Assembly: GCF_048593235.1 (NCBI RefSeq)
Contig: NC_133622.1
Coordinates: 242,327,198-242,391,197, forward strand
Source of the DNA: Sminthopsis crassicaudata
Lineage: Eukaryota
Direction of reading: 5' to 3'
Length of the DNA stretch: 64,000 nucleotides
Both the position numbers and the translations under genes were made by a program. Shown here in pieces: positions 1 to 10,460 of this stretch. Within the stretch, counting starts at the first letter, position 1. Each line of letters opens with the position of its first letter. A model generated the notes under the pieces. That model worked only from the letters and a program-made list of their open reading frames with translations, was not told where the DNA came from and made no database searches.

Positions 1-135
1 ATTGGTCAACCTGCCATGGGGGGGAGGGAAGGAGGGGAAAAATTGGAACAAAGGGTTTGGCAATTGTCAATGTTGTAAAATTACCCATGCATATATCTGG
101 TAAATAAAAAGTATTAAAAAACAAACAAACAAACA
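1..135 (+). mobile_element. L1 3'UTR end with A-rich tail
   Basis: G-rich tract, then ATTGTCAATGTTGTAAAATTACCCATGCATAT and AATAAAAA; same subfamily as 15080-15501. Confidence 0.8.
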
Positions 136-1254
136 TTGAAATCATTAAGAAAAATAATAAATGACATTTATTAAATGTCTTTTATCAGCCATCTTCCCTT
201 CTAATCACTTTATAAATATTATCTCATTTGCTCCTCACATTAATCCTAATTGGAAGCCATTAGTTTAAGTAGCTAAATCAGAGGGAAATTAGATTGCTTG
301 CCAGGGTCACACTGCTCCTACATGTCAGAAAAAAATTTCAGACCCAGAAACAAATCCATTGTGCTACTTAGGTACTTGATGAGGAGTTCATTTGTTCCTC
401 ACAAAAATCCTAGAATATAGATGCTATCATTATCCTGTTTTATAGGAAAAAAAAAGAAAAAAAGAAAGATGTGATTTGTCAAAAGTTAAACAGCTACTCT
501 AAGATAATTGATTAGAAATCACTTCTTAACTTAGTCCTAGTGATCTATTCACTACCCTGCCTTCTAGTAGACTCTTTAGTTATCTAAAGGCAGTGTAGCC
601 TCCTCATTTCCCCCTGGCTGTTTTGGGTGTTCAACACAAATCCATACCCATCATACTTAAAGATGCATCAAAACCACAAACTCTTCATCTTGCCCATCTT
701 TCCATTTTGGATACTATATTTTTTCATTTACTTGGCTTTTAATGTGTGGACAATTGAAATAGTTTCTGCTTCTTGCATAAATCTGTACAATGTCTTTGAC
801 CTTGATGCAACCATGACAAATTGTAAAGGGCTGAAAATCTGAATTTCACTGAGTCCAAGCTCTTGAGGCTAATTACTAATTGGACAATACTCTATTAACA
901 TATGCTTGGAAAATGACCCTCCCCAACTATTCTATGCTGGATGAATCTATGGGTGGAGACAGAGAAGTGTGAGAGAGATCAGAGGGTGGAGTAGGACAAG
1001 TGTGATCATTCTTTGGCAGTGGAGAGAGAGAGAAATGAGGTGTAGAGATAGCTACATCTAATCCCCTGAGGGAAACCCCAAAAAAACCAATAATAAAGAC
1101 TTTTGCTTATCCTGGCTCTGGCTGATTCTAAAATATCCTGGGTACTAATGTGGTCATTACAACAAATCATCCATAAATGGAATCCTTTACCACACAAAGT
1201 GTTTAATAAAGGCTTTCTGAAATTAGGTAGACCAGTAAACTTTGTTAGTTAGTG

Positions 1255-1430
1255 CTCTCTGGGAAATTTCTGCAACATCATACAAAATCCATTAAACATC
1301 TCTAGTGCTTCAGAGACATGACCTCAGGGGACCTGAGAAAACTATAAAGTCTGAATCTAGCAGCTGGCATTAAAAACCACACAAACAAGTCACAGAATAT
1401 TCAATCTTCCAGATATGCAGGTAACATTAA
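1255..1430 (+). promoter_or_regulatory. Putative promoter/non-coding exon 1 of OR8K gene 1
   Basis: O/E-type YYYCARRRR sites CTTCAGAGA (1308-1316) and CCTCAGGGG (1322-1330); donor CAG|GTAACA at 1421; block is homologous to 10290-10460 and 21700-21830. Confidence 0.65.
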
Positions 1431-1648
1431 TCTTTTTTTTCTTAATATAGGTCATATAAAAATCATGTGAAACTCAAGCAAACTAAGTTCAAAAAATTTA
1501 GCCCTATGCTGCCCACTACATGGATAAATGTAACCTTGTGATGAATTCACTCAACATGAAATCATTCTAGTAAGTTATCAGATGACAGGTCCTAGCTTTG
1601 ACTAATACATCTATTCAAATAATCAAATCAAATAACTTTTGTCAAGAC

Positions 1649-2033
1649 TGATGAGGAGTAATTTTAGGGCTCAAAGCCAAGATGGATCAGCTCTTCTCCT
1701 TGTGGATTTGATTTACCTCTCCCTTTCCCAAAGTAACCCAAGGGCAAGTTTGGTAGGGAATGAATTCACTACTCAATGCTATATCAAAACAAAGTCTTTA
1801 TTGATAGTAAAGGGTTAGACAGACATTTGTGCCAGTTGGCAAGCACAAGGCAGGTATAGACCAAGGGTGAGGATTCCATTTTTAGAACTTCCTTTTATAC
1901 ATAACTAGGGTCATAAAAACAGAATTTGCACAGAGATGTTATCCAAGGGGTTCTGGAGATATTTGTAAATAAGACAGGAATTTCTCTTAATCATTTGTAT
2001 CTCAAATTATCTCCTTTTACCCCTCCTCAGACA
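1649..2033 (-). mobile_element. Putative solo LTR (ERV-type)
   Basis: TG...CA termini with inverted TGAGGAG/CTCCTCA; on the - strand a TATA-like GTATAAAAG lies about 95 nt before AATAAA. TSD is imperfect (AGAC/AGAA). Confidence 0.55.
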
Positions 2034-2088
2034 AGAATTATTTTTATCTTGACCTATCTCTTTTTTGATCTTATCAAAGACATTGATT

Positions 2089-2229
2089 CCCCCCCCCCCC
2101 AGGCTGGGGTTAAGTGACTTGCCCAGGGTCACACAGCTAGGAAGTGTTAAGTGTCTGAGACCAGATTTGAACTCGGATCCTCCTGAATTCAGGGCTGGTG
2201 ATCTATCTACTGCGCCACCTAGCTGCCCC
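2089..2229 (-). mobile_element. WSINE1-type CORE-SINE, full length
   Basis: GGGGCAGCTAGGTGGCGCAG...GTTCAAATC (A and B boxes)...GGGCAAGTCACTTAACCCC; perfect 14-bp TSD CAAAGACATTGATT at 2075-2088 and 2230-2243. Confidence 0.93.
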
Positions 2230-2584
2230 CAAAGACATTGATTGTTAATAATATATGTGATACCAATGATTTTTGAGATCAATGCTATGCAACTGAACAC
2301 ATTCTTGAAGAACAGTTTTTTAAAAGCCACTTAAAATATCTGGGAATGAAAGGCAATAAAAACACCAAAATTATAAGCCTACATCCTATTCATGATTCAG
2401 GAAGCAAAATAATCTCTCTCTGAAAAACCAAAGTGAAATGAATTTACTGAAAATGAATATAATATATCCATTGTGTTTTGCAAAACATCATGGAGCTAAA
2501 GTCAGCAAATCAAAGAAACCACACTTGAAACTGGATTTTTAACCAACATGGTTTAGGAAATACCTAAGAAGAAAATTCTTATGG

Positions 2585-2715
2585 AAATAGGTATAGAAGT
2601 ATTGCTCATGTTTAATCTATATTGGATTGTTTGCTGTCTTGGTGAAAAAGGATATGATAGAAAAAAAAATTGGAACACAAGATTTTGTAAATGGGAATGT
2701 GTTTGGAAAAATTAA
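2585..2715 (+). mobile_element. Old L1 3'UTR fragment
   Basis: Similar to the other L1 3'UTRs in the window (GCTCATGTTTAATCTATATTGGATTGTTTGCTGTCT...GGAACACAAGATTTTG). Confidence 0.5.
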
Positions 2716-3358
2716 ATATTATTTAGATAAAAATGAAGGAAATTCCTTCTTTCAGCATTGGTCATTATTTTGTCTAAAACCTCTATAATCATAGACAGTT
2801 ACCTCTACTACCACATGGTTACACGATTAACATGGGTTTGTACAGAAATCTCCTGGATATGGTTATCCCTATTTAATCTCATGGCCAAGTTGATAACTAT
2901 TGTTAATCAGCTGTTTTGTGTGTCTCTCTCTTCATGATTGTGGTTCACCACAGGTTCTCATCTATTCTACCCTCTTTTAGTATCCCAACATGATTTCTCT
3001 ACACAAGGATTAAAATTATTTTTAATAAAAATATTTTAATGCTTTAATATGAAAACATTTTTAAAGTTTTAATATTTCTTCTTTAATAATACCTTCTTTT
3101 TCTTGAGGTTAAAGAGATTCATGATTAAACAGTTTCTGTAAAATAAAGGTACAAAGACTTCTCTTTTTATCGCAGCTTAATATGATATATGATTGCTATG
3201 ATATGATAAATGATATAATAAATGTCTGTAATTGGGTGGGAAAACCCTGATTCATTTTATCTATGGCATTTTTAGCTACTAATTGCATAACTCATTCTGC
3301 AAACAGTATTCAGAAAAGGTTTCTTTCTTTTATTCTCAGATTATTATTCTTAGAAGAA

Positions 3359-4309
3359 ATGATCAAGTTGAATGAAACAACTGAGAGCCAGGTGACTGAA
3401 TTCATTCTCACGGGCATCACAAATCGTCCTGATCTACAGGGCCCCCTCTTTGGAGTATTTTTCCTCAACTACATAGTCATAGTTCTTGGGAACCTGGGCC
3501 TCATCATCCTAACCAGTGTTGATTCCCATTTGCAAACACCAATGTACTTTTTTCTCAGGCATTTAGCATATGTTGATCTTGGCTATTCTACAGCTATTGG
3601 TCCAAAAATGCTGGTCAGTTTCATAGAGGAGAAAAATACTATTTCTTACAAGGGATGTGTAGTACAGATATTTTTCATTGCGATACTTATAACTTGTGAA
3701 TTTTTTATCCTGTCAGCCATGGCCTATGATCGTTATGTTGCTATCTGTAAGCCCCTCCTCTACATGGTCATCATGTCAGAAAGGTTGTGTTGGATCTTGC
3801 TAGCTGTCTCATACCTCCATAGCATTATTGTTTCCCTACTAATTACAATAAATATTTTTAACTTGTCTTTCTGTGAATCTAATATAATACAACATTTCTA
3901 CTGTGACAGTCTCCCTCTATTGTCCATTATATGTTCAGACACCAGTGAGACTGAACTCATTATTATGATTCTTTCTGCATTTAACTTGGTTTCTTCTCTC
4001 TTGATCATCCTTGCCTCCTATATGATCATTCTTGTAGCTATCCTCAGGATGAACTCTGCTGATGGCAGACAGAAAGCCTTCTCCACCTGTGGCTCTCATC
4101 TAACAGTAGTAACTGTGTTTTATGGGACTCTTCTTTTCATGTACTTGCAACCCCAATCAAGTCACTCTTTGGAAACAGACAAAATAGCTTCTGTGTTTTA
4201 CACTTTGGTAATGCCCATGCTCAACCCTTTGATCTATAGCTTAAGGAACAAAGAGGTAAAAGGTGCCTTGAAAAGAATCTTCAAAAAACTGATGCAAGTA
4301 TTCCGTTAA
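3359..4309 (+). CDS. Olfactory receptor, family 8 subfamily K (OR8K3/OR8K5-like), intact, 316 aa
   Basis: Motifs [39 protein letters not shown] and [15 protein letters not shown]; N-glycosylation site NET. True start is the ATG at 3359, just after a pyrimidine-tract acceptor AG at 3338-3339. Confidence 0.96.
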   Translation: MIKLNETTESQVTEFILTGITNRPDLQGPLFGVFFLNYIVIVLGNLGLIILTSVDSHLQTPMYFFLRHLAYVDLGYSTAIGPKMLVSFIEEKNTISYKGCVVQIFFIAILITCEFFILSAMAYDRYVAICKPLLYMVIMSERLCWILLAVSYLHSIIVSLLITINIFNLSFCESNIIQHFYCDSLPLLSIICSDTSETELIIMILSAFNLVSSLLIILASYMIILVAILRMNSADGRQKAFSTCGSHLTVVTVFYGTLLFMYLQPQSSHSLETDKIASVFYTLVMPMLNPLIYSLRNKEVKGALKRIFKKLMQVFR

Positions 4310-5832
4310 ATGTGCAAGGTAAAGTATAATTCAATTACATCATGAGAAGCAAGCAAATTTCAGGCAGATTTCTTAGACAACTTCTCCGCAGTTCTCTTTT
4401 TGAAGAAAAATAAATGTCTACCAATATGCATTATGAGATGGAGTTTTCTTTGTTAGATGTCATTTTTTGTTTCATTTTATGTGTTTGTGAATTTTATGTA
4501 TCTGAAATTGTCAGCATCCAGTTTATCTTAGTTTAATGAATCTTTTGATTGAAAGGGATTAAGAGACTGAGTACCAATTGTCTTTATAAAAACAATGTAT
4601 GTCATTATCCACCTAAAAGTAAACATGCCAACTCTTGTAAGAATTTTCGTGTGTGAGAGACGCATTTACAGGGTACTGCTGTTAAATTCTGTGCTAGCAT
4701 TAGGTATACACAGATAAACCACAAAAATGGGTCTTGGCATCAATGAACTTAAACATTTTTTAATGAAAACAACATATCGATGAAAACCACATTATCTGCC
4801 ACAAAAGTGAATGTACTTTTAACTATGTCTAATTATTAAGAAGCTTATCCTTATTATGATTATTGCCTGAATTTCCTCTCCAAAGTTTTTCCTGATCTTC
4901 TCTGTGAACAAAAAAGTTCTTTCTTCTTTGTGATGTTAATTCAAATTTCCATACCATATAAGTACATATCACTTGAATTCTAAGATTGCCTCTTGCTGTT
5001 TAACTTGTAGTTTAATGATGTCTATTCTGAACTGTTACCCCAAATTGAACACAATCCTCCCAACATGGACGAGCCAGAGCAGCATACAATAGGACTGTCC
5101 TATTTAATGCTTGAATGTCATGTGTGCCTTTGATTATAATCAATTTAACTTCCTTGTTCATATATTATAACCTAGATTTATTTTGCATTTGGGGAATGAT
5201 CTAATAGCTCCCTATCTCTTTAAGAGAATGCCTGATATTCCATTTATTTTCTATTGTTTATTTGGAAGTCGTTGTTGTTGCTGTTTTTTTTTAATCCAAA
5301 CCAAATATTACATATCTCCCAATATGTTAAAGCATATCAGGTTTAGGAACAATTAGAGAATAAATTCTTGGTTCATATGTGGAAAAAGTCTAGAGGTAGG
5401 ACTTTACTGCAGGTATTACTAAACAACTGTGTAAGAAAGTATCTCATTATTTCAATTTTTCCTTTCTTCTTCTATTCTCTATGCCATGAAGAAGACCTAT
5501 TGTTCTGTACTAGCATCACACTCTCTGTTTTTTGTCAACTAAAAAGGACTTGGGGAAGATTTTTGATTAAATAGTCTAAGGAGCAAATTAGATAAGCTGG
5601 TCTGAATAGATGAAGTCATGAGGTGAGAAGACAATATGATATTGCCTAGAGTTTTGGTCTAAAATGTGTTAAAAATAATAAAATGTTGACAATTGCCTTT
5701 TTCTGAGCAATATGTTTTGGTTTAGGCATATTGCTGCATTCAAATCTTGCAATACAAAATTTCCCTTTATCTAATAGGCAAATAGCTTTATTTCATTAAA
5801 AAAAAACATTTAATGTTCACATTTGAAAACAT

Positions 5833-6281
5833 TTTAACAATGATTTGATTCAAAGCAGTTCCAATTGTTCAGTGATGAAGAAAGCCACATACACACAGAG
5901 AGAGACTTGTGGGAACTGAATGTGGATCACAACATAGCATTTCCACTCTTTTGGTTATTGTGTGCTTGTATTTTTGTTTTCCTTCTCAGTTTTTTTTTTT
6001 CCTTTCTTTCTAGATCCTATTTTTCTTGTGCAGCAAGATAACTGTATAAATATGTATACATATATTAGATTTAACATATATTTTAACATATTTAACATGA
6101 ATTGGACAAACTGACAGTTAGGGGAGAGAGTGGGAGGAAGAGGGAAAAATTTGAGACGGAAAGTTTTGCAAGGGTCAATACTGAAAAATTATCCATGTGT
6201 ATGTTTTGTAAATAAAAAGCTTTAATAAAAAAATAAAAAAGGAAAACAAAAAATGAAAAATAAAAACAACAACAACAACAA
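5833..6281 (+). mobile_element. 5'-truncated L1 (3'UTR only) with A/(CAA)n tail
   Basis: L1 3'UTR motifs, AATAAAAAGCTTTAATAAAA tail and 8-bp TSD GAAAACAT (5825-5832, 6282-6289) preceded by TT. Confidence 0.88.
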
Positions 6282-7876
6282 GAAAACATGGATTTTTCAT
6301 AATACCTTCAATGATTTTGAATCTTTATTTGAATTTTTAATTTAAAAAAAAAAAAAAGGCTAACAGTTGTACTCCCCAGTACTAATTCATCTCCATCTGT
6401 CCTCAGACTATATGAGTCAAAATAGTTACAGAGAACAACTTCTCCCAATGGTATTCTTACAGTTTTAGGGGGTTTAAAGGAAAGTTTTGTTTTGTTTGTT
6501 TTCCTATATATTAAATCTCTAATACTTCCTTTTAAAAATAATTTCAGAAGAATAAGAATACTATCAAAACATTTTAATATCCATATTTTAAAATTCAACT
6601 AGGGAGAAGAAAATTGGAAAAATAGCTGACATTTGTAGATTAGATTCGTAAATAAGCATAACAGCAATCCTCTGAGGTAGATATAAGATATTTTAAACTC
6701 CATTTTATGAATGAAGGAATTGAGGTTAAAAAAGATTACATGAAAAGCTAAATCCATTTACTCTCTATGTATTAAAAGTTAAGATTGGAAGTTATTCTTC
6801 CAGATTACAATTACAATACTCCTACAGTGGGCTGCCTTTCAATTTTGGGAAATACAATTACTCAAAGTAATCATCATCATTATCCTAATTTTCAATGTCA
6901 TTTATCCTCATTAATAATATATTTCCTCCTGCTCTTCTTTCTTATCAATATCAGTAATCAATTACCCATTTTTTAAAATTTTCACTCCTTTGTTCATTTG
7001 CTAGATTGGGCACTATGGCACATACACAGAAATATCAGGTTCAGTGAAAGCCTAGAAATTCATCTCCTGGAAAGAGCACTGTAGTATATAAACAAAATTT
7101 CAAACTCTGTATGATACTACTTTTAAGACATTTTTGGAAGTCATAGTAAAAAATGTTTGGGAAGTGAATATACTGCCCAGTAGGGCAGTGTTGAATCTAG
7201 AATCAGACAAAGAGACAACAAAGATGTTAATTTATTGGAAGTCGACATTAAGGCATCAAAAGATCAATAAGCATAAATTAAGTGCCAAATTTTGTCAAAT
7301 AATGAATTCTTATCCTTTTAAAAGCTGAATAATTATAGTTTTTGAATACAAAATTATTATATTTACTTGCTGCTCTAAATTGTGTCTATTCTAGTCCATT
7401 GATCTGCCACCTTATTTTTTTTAGCTAGTATCAGATAGTTTTGATAATTACTGCCTTATAATAAAGTTTAAGATCTGGTGCTGCTATACCTTCTTTTATT
7501 ATATTCTCTTTTCCCATTACTTCCTATAACATTTTTTTTATTTATTTTTTTCTTTCCAAGTGAACTTTATTAAGTTTTTTTTTTTTTCTACTTCAGTAAT
7601 TTTTTGACAGTTCAATGGGGCTTTATTTCTTGAACTGATTGCAACAAGAAATAGTCTAAAAATGTAACTGGAATTTAGGTTATGGTACCACCAGGGCTCT
7701 TTTGGTTTAATGAAAATTATTGAAAAGTGATTATCCACAGTGATGAGAAGTGTTAGCCCATTCTTGACACTGATTAGTCCCCTAAATAATAGCCTCAGGG
7801 ATCACGTTTAAAGTAGAGCTAAATGTCTCTGTGCTAAATTAGAATATGAGATTAAATATGCATATGCATGTGTAAA

Positions 7877-7879
<3 letters not shown>

Positions 7880-7916
<37 letters not shown>
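7880..7916. repeat. (CA)n microsatellite, about 18 units
   Basis: Direct reading. Confidence 0.97.
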
Positions 7917-7919
<3 letters not shown>

Positions 7920-8293
7920 GATGACTCACATTATCTTCTCAACTAAAACTCAGCCAAGATCTGCCAGTGCAGGATTGGACTTAATGTGTTTTCTGATTTC
8001 TGACTCAGCTATTCCATTGAAGTCACCTCGGATATGAGGCCTCTAAAAGATTTTATCATATGATACTATTACAAAAACTACCATGTCCAGGGTGTACATA
8101 TTGTGAGCCAACTGTCATCTCATTTTCAAGGCCTTTTTTATTCCTTTGATATATATGCATACCATATACTATATTCAACCAATGCTATAACCCGGGAAGT
8201 TACATTAATGACTCGAGAATTTTGTACAATATATTCTTTCTGCCTATTTAAGAATAGTAGTTGTGGTCAAAACTAAGCTATTCTACTTCCACA

Positions 8294-9089
8294 TTAAAAT
8301 GAATATGTCCTATCAATAATCAGGGGAATGTAGTATGCATATGGACTGAAGATAGTATTCTGAATTGTTTGTTCATATGATACTTGAATAATGAAGTTTC
8401 CTTCAAACATGAAGTCAGTTTCTTTAACAAGCACACCTAAGAACTCATTGACTGCTTTGAAAGATAACACTGACTGGCCCTTTTTTTGAAGGCTACCTTA
8501 CATCTCATAAAGAATACTTCATCTCTACTAAATCTCTCAGATGGCCAATGAATCTGGGAGCTCTAAAGTATGAAGTAAAAATAGGAAGAAAACATGAACA
8601 AATGAAAGTTTGACAATCATTGTTCATATAGGAAGTCATGTTCTGTACTGATGAAGGACCCAAGTTATTTAAAATGTTGAAATGAAGATTTATTACAACT
8701 ATCGATCTATTACCATAAAAAAGAATTAAACAATGACCAACAAAATCACACATGAGAAACACCTTGGGAACATAAGAAAATAACTTAATTACAGAAATAC
8801 TGCAAGAGGCAATGAACAAAATACCTATAAACATCATGTACAGGATTATTTTGTCTTATATATTTAGATTTGGTTTGATAACTACTATTTGTCTCTCGTA
8901 TAGAAGAAGTACTGTTACTATTTTCAAATTTCTCAAAATGGAAGTCTCTATTTTATTTTTAAAAATAATTCCCATTTGGACAAATGGACACATTGTACAC
9001 ATAGATAACTTTGGTGTGATAAGTCAGGTATTTGGAATTCCCTTGTTGGCATCTGAACAGCTCAGATAAGAACAATTCTTCTCCTCCAT
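8294..9089 (-). pseudogene. Unidentified decayed coding-like segment (possible retrocopy or endogenous viral element)
   Basis: Kozak-type CACCATGG at 9089 opens a 194-codon frame with only 2 internal stops, followed by a second 67-codon open frame (8497-8294). Product not recognised. Confidence 0.35.
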
Positions 9090-9397
9090 GGTGGTGTGCA
9101 TGTTAAGTGCTGTGGCCTCCTCTCTTTCCAGGACATTTTAGAATCTCTCTATAACAATAGCTGCTAAAGGCAAATTCTTCGGTGTTTTTTTTTCCTTTTT
9201 TCTTTTTTTTTCTCTCCAGCATGCCTTCCTTTCTATGTTGTAGTCCTTATTAACCCAATAGGCCGAATATGACACAGGATTTGTTCACAGAAAACAATCT
9301 GAAAAGATCCAGAAGGATTCAGTACATTGAAACAAAGATGAAGCCATAGACCATCCCTCAAATGCAATGCTATTAATTTGCTTAAGATTCAGCTCCA

Positions 9398-9570
9398 AGG
9401 GGTAGCTAAGTGCTGTGCTAGACAGAGTACTGTTCCTGGAGTTGGGAGGACCCAAGTTCAAATCCACCTTCAAAAATTTCCTATCTGGGTAACCGTGGAC
9501 AAGTCCCTTAACCTAGATTGTCTAAAAACAATAAAAGAAAAAATAAAGAAGAAAAAGAAGAAGACTAAAA
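9398..9570 (+). mobile_element. Diverged tRNA-derived CORE-SINE with A-rich tail
   Basis: GGGGTAGCTAAGTG...GGAGGACCCAAGTTCAAATCC...GGACAAGTCCCTTAACCT. Confidence 0.75.
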
Positions 9571-9729
9571 GGTCCAGGATGGGGAGCATTTTTGATTTAG
9601 TAAATATAAAGAGTTAGTTTCTTACAGTGGATCACATAGTTACTCCAATTAGGTGAATTTCAAAAATTATGATTGGATGCTAAGTGTCCTATCTACAATA
9701 CCACTTATCTCTTCATCCTTCTTCCTGAG

Positions 9730-9915
9730 TGCAAATCTTGCCTAAGATACTTTTTTAGCTGTGTGGCTTTGGGGAAGCTACTTAAACTTATTTTGTTCAG
9801 TTTATCATCCATGTAATGAGCAGAAGAGGGAAGTGGCAAACCATGGCAGTTTCTCCTCCAAGAACACCCCAAATGGAATAACAAAGAGTAGATGAAGACA
9901 GAAAAACTGAACAAA
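9730..9915 (+). mobile_element. Mar1-type SINE (CORE plus RTE-like tail)
   Basis: CORE remnant followed by GAAGAGGGAAGTGGCAAACCA...AAGAACACCCCAAATGG, the RTE-derived tail typical of Mar1. Confidence 0.7.
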
Positions 9916-10289
9916 ATATTTTCAAGGCAATCTATTCTGTTCATCACCCTGATTATTTCTGGGAACAACTGAGGATAATGTATCATCTTACCCAAACAAG
10001 TTTCCAAAAGGGCAGATTTTTCATTTTGCACATTTAATTTCATCCTATCTTCTAGCCACTGAATTATCTTAATTTTCCAGGCCTTTGATTTGTGAATGGA
10101 AAAAAAATAAATTGTTTGATTGGCTACAGATTTCTCCCAGAGACCTCTGCAATGTCCTCAAGCATAATCCAGCCAGTATAATGTCAACCTTATTAAGGAA
10201 CCTCACAATAGTTGAAATATAATAAATATTTTGTGGAATTTTTACATAAACTTAGGCATATTATTGCTCATTGTAGACACCCAAACCTC

Positions 10290-10460
10290 AGCAGTTCAAT
10301 TGGGATTTTAATTATGAAATTCATAAACTCCTCCAGTACTTCTGGGACATGGCCTCATTGGGACACAGAAATGCACAAATTCTCCCTCAAGCAACTGGCA
10401 GTAGCAAAAACATTAGCAAGCCACAGAAGATTTTACCTTCCAGGTGAGCAGGTAACATTA
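10290..10460 (+). promoter_or_regulatory. Putative promoter/non-coding exon 1 of OR8K gene 2
   Basis: Homeodomain site TAATTA at 10309-10314; O/E site (TCCCAGAAG on - strand) at 10339-10347; donors CAG|GTGAG at 10444 and CAG|GTAAC at 10452; homologous to 1255-1430. Confidence 0.65.

Noticed and set aside
2007-2330. Similar short ORFs at 2007-2330, 25185-25376 and 29098-29298 sharing GQLGGAVDR...PSCVTLGKSLNP
   Set aside because: Translations of WSINE1 copies, not a gene family.
3263-3358. 32-aa N-terminal extension of OR8K gene 1 in the ORF track
   Set aside because: The upstream ATG lies 5' of the conserved acceptor (3338-3339), inside the predicted intron; the paralogue at 11532 starts at the position equivalent to 3359.
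4745-4760. Resemblance to the mouse H-element 13-mer AACTTTTTAATGA
   Set aside because: Only a partial match (CATTTTTTAATGA) in very AT-rich DNA, with no adjacent O/E site.
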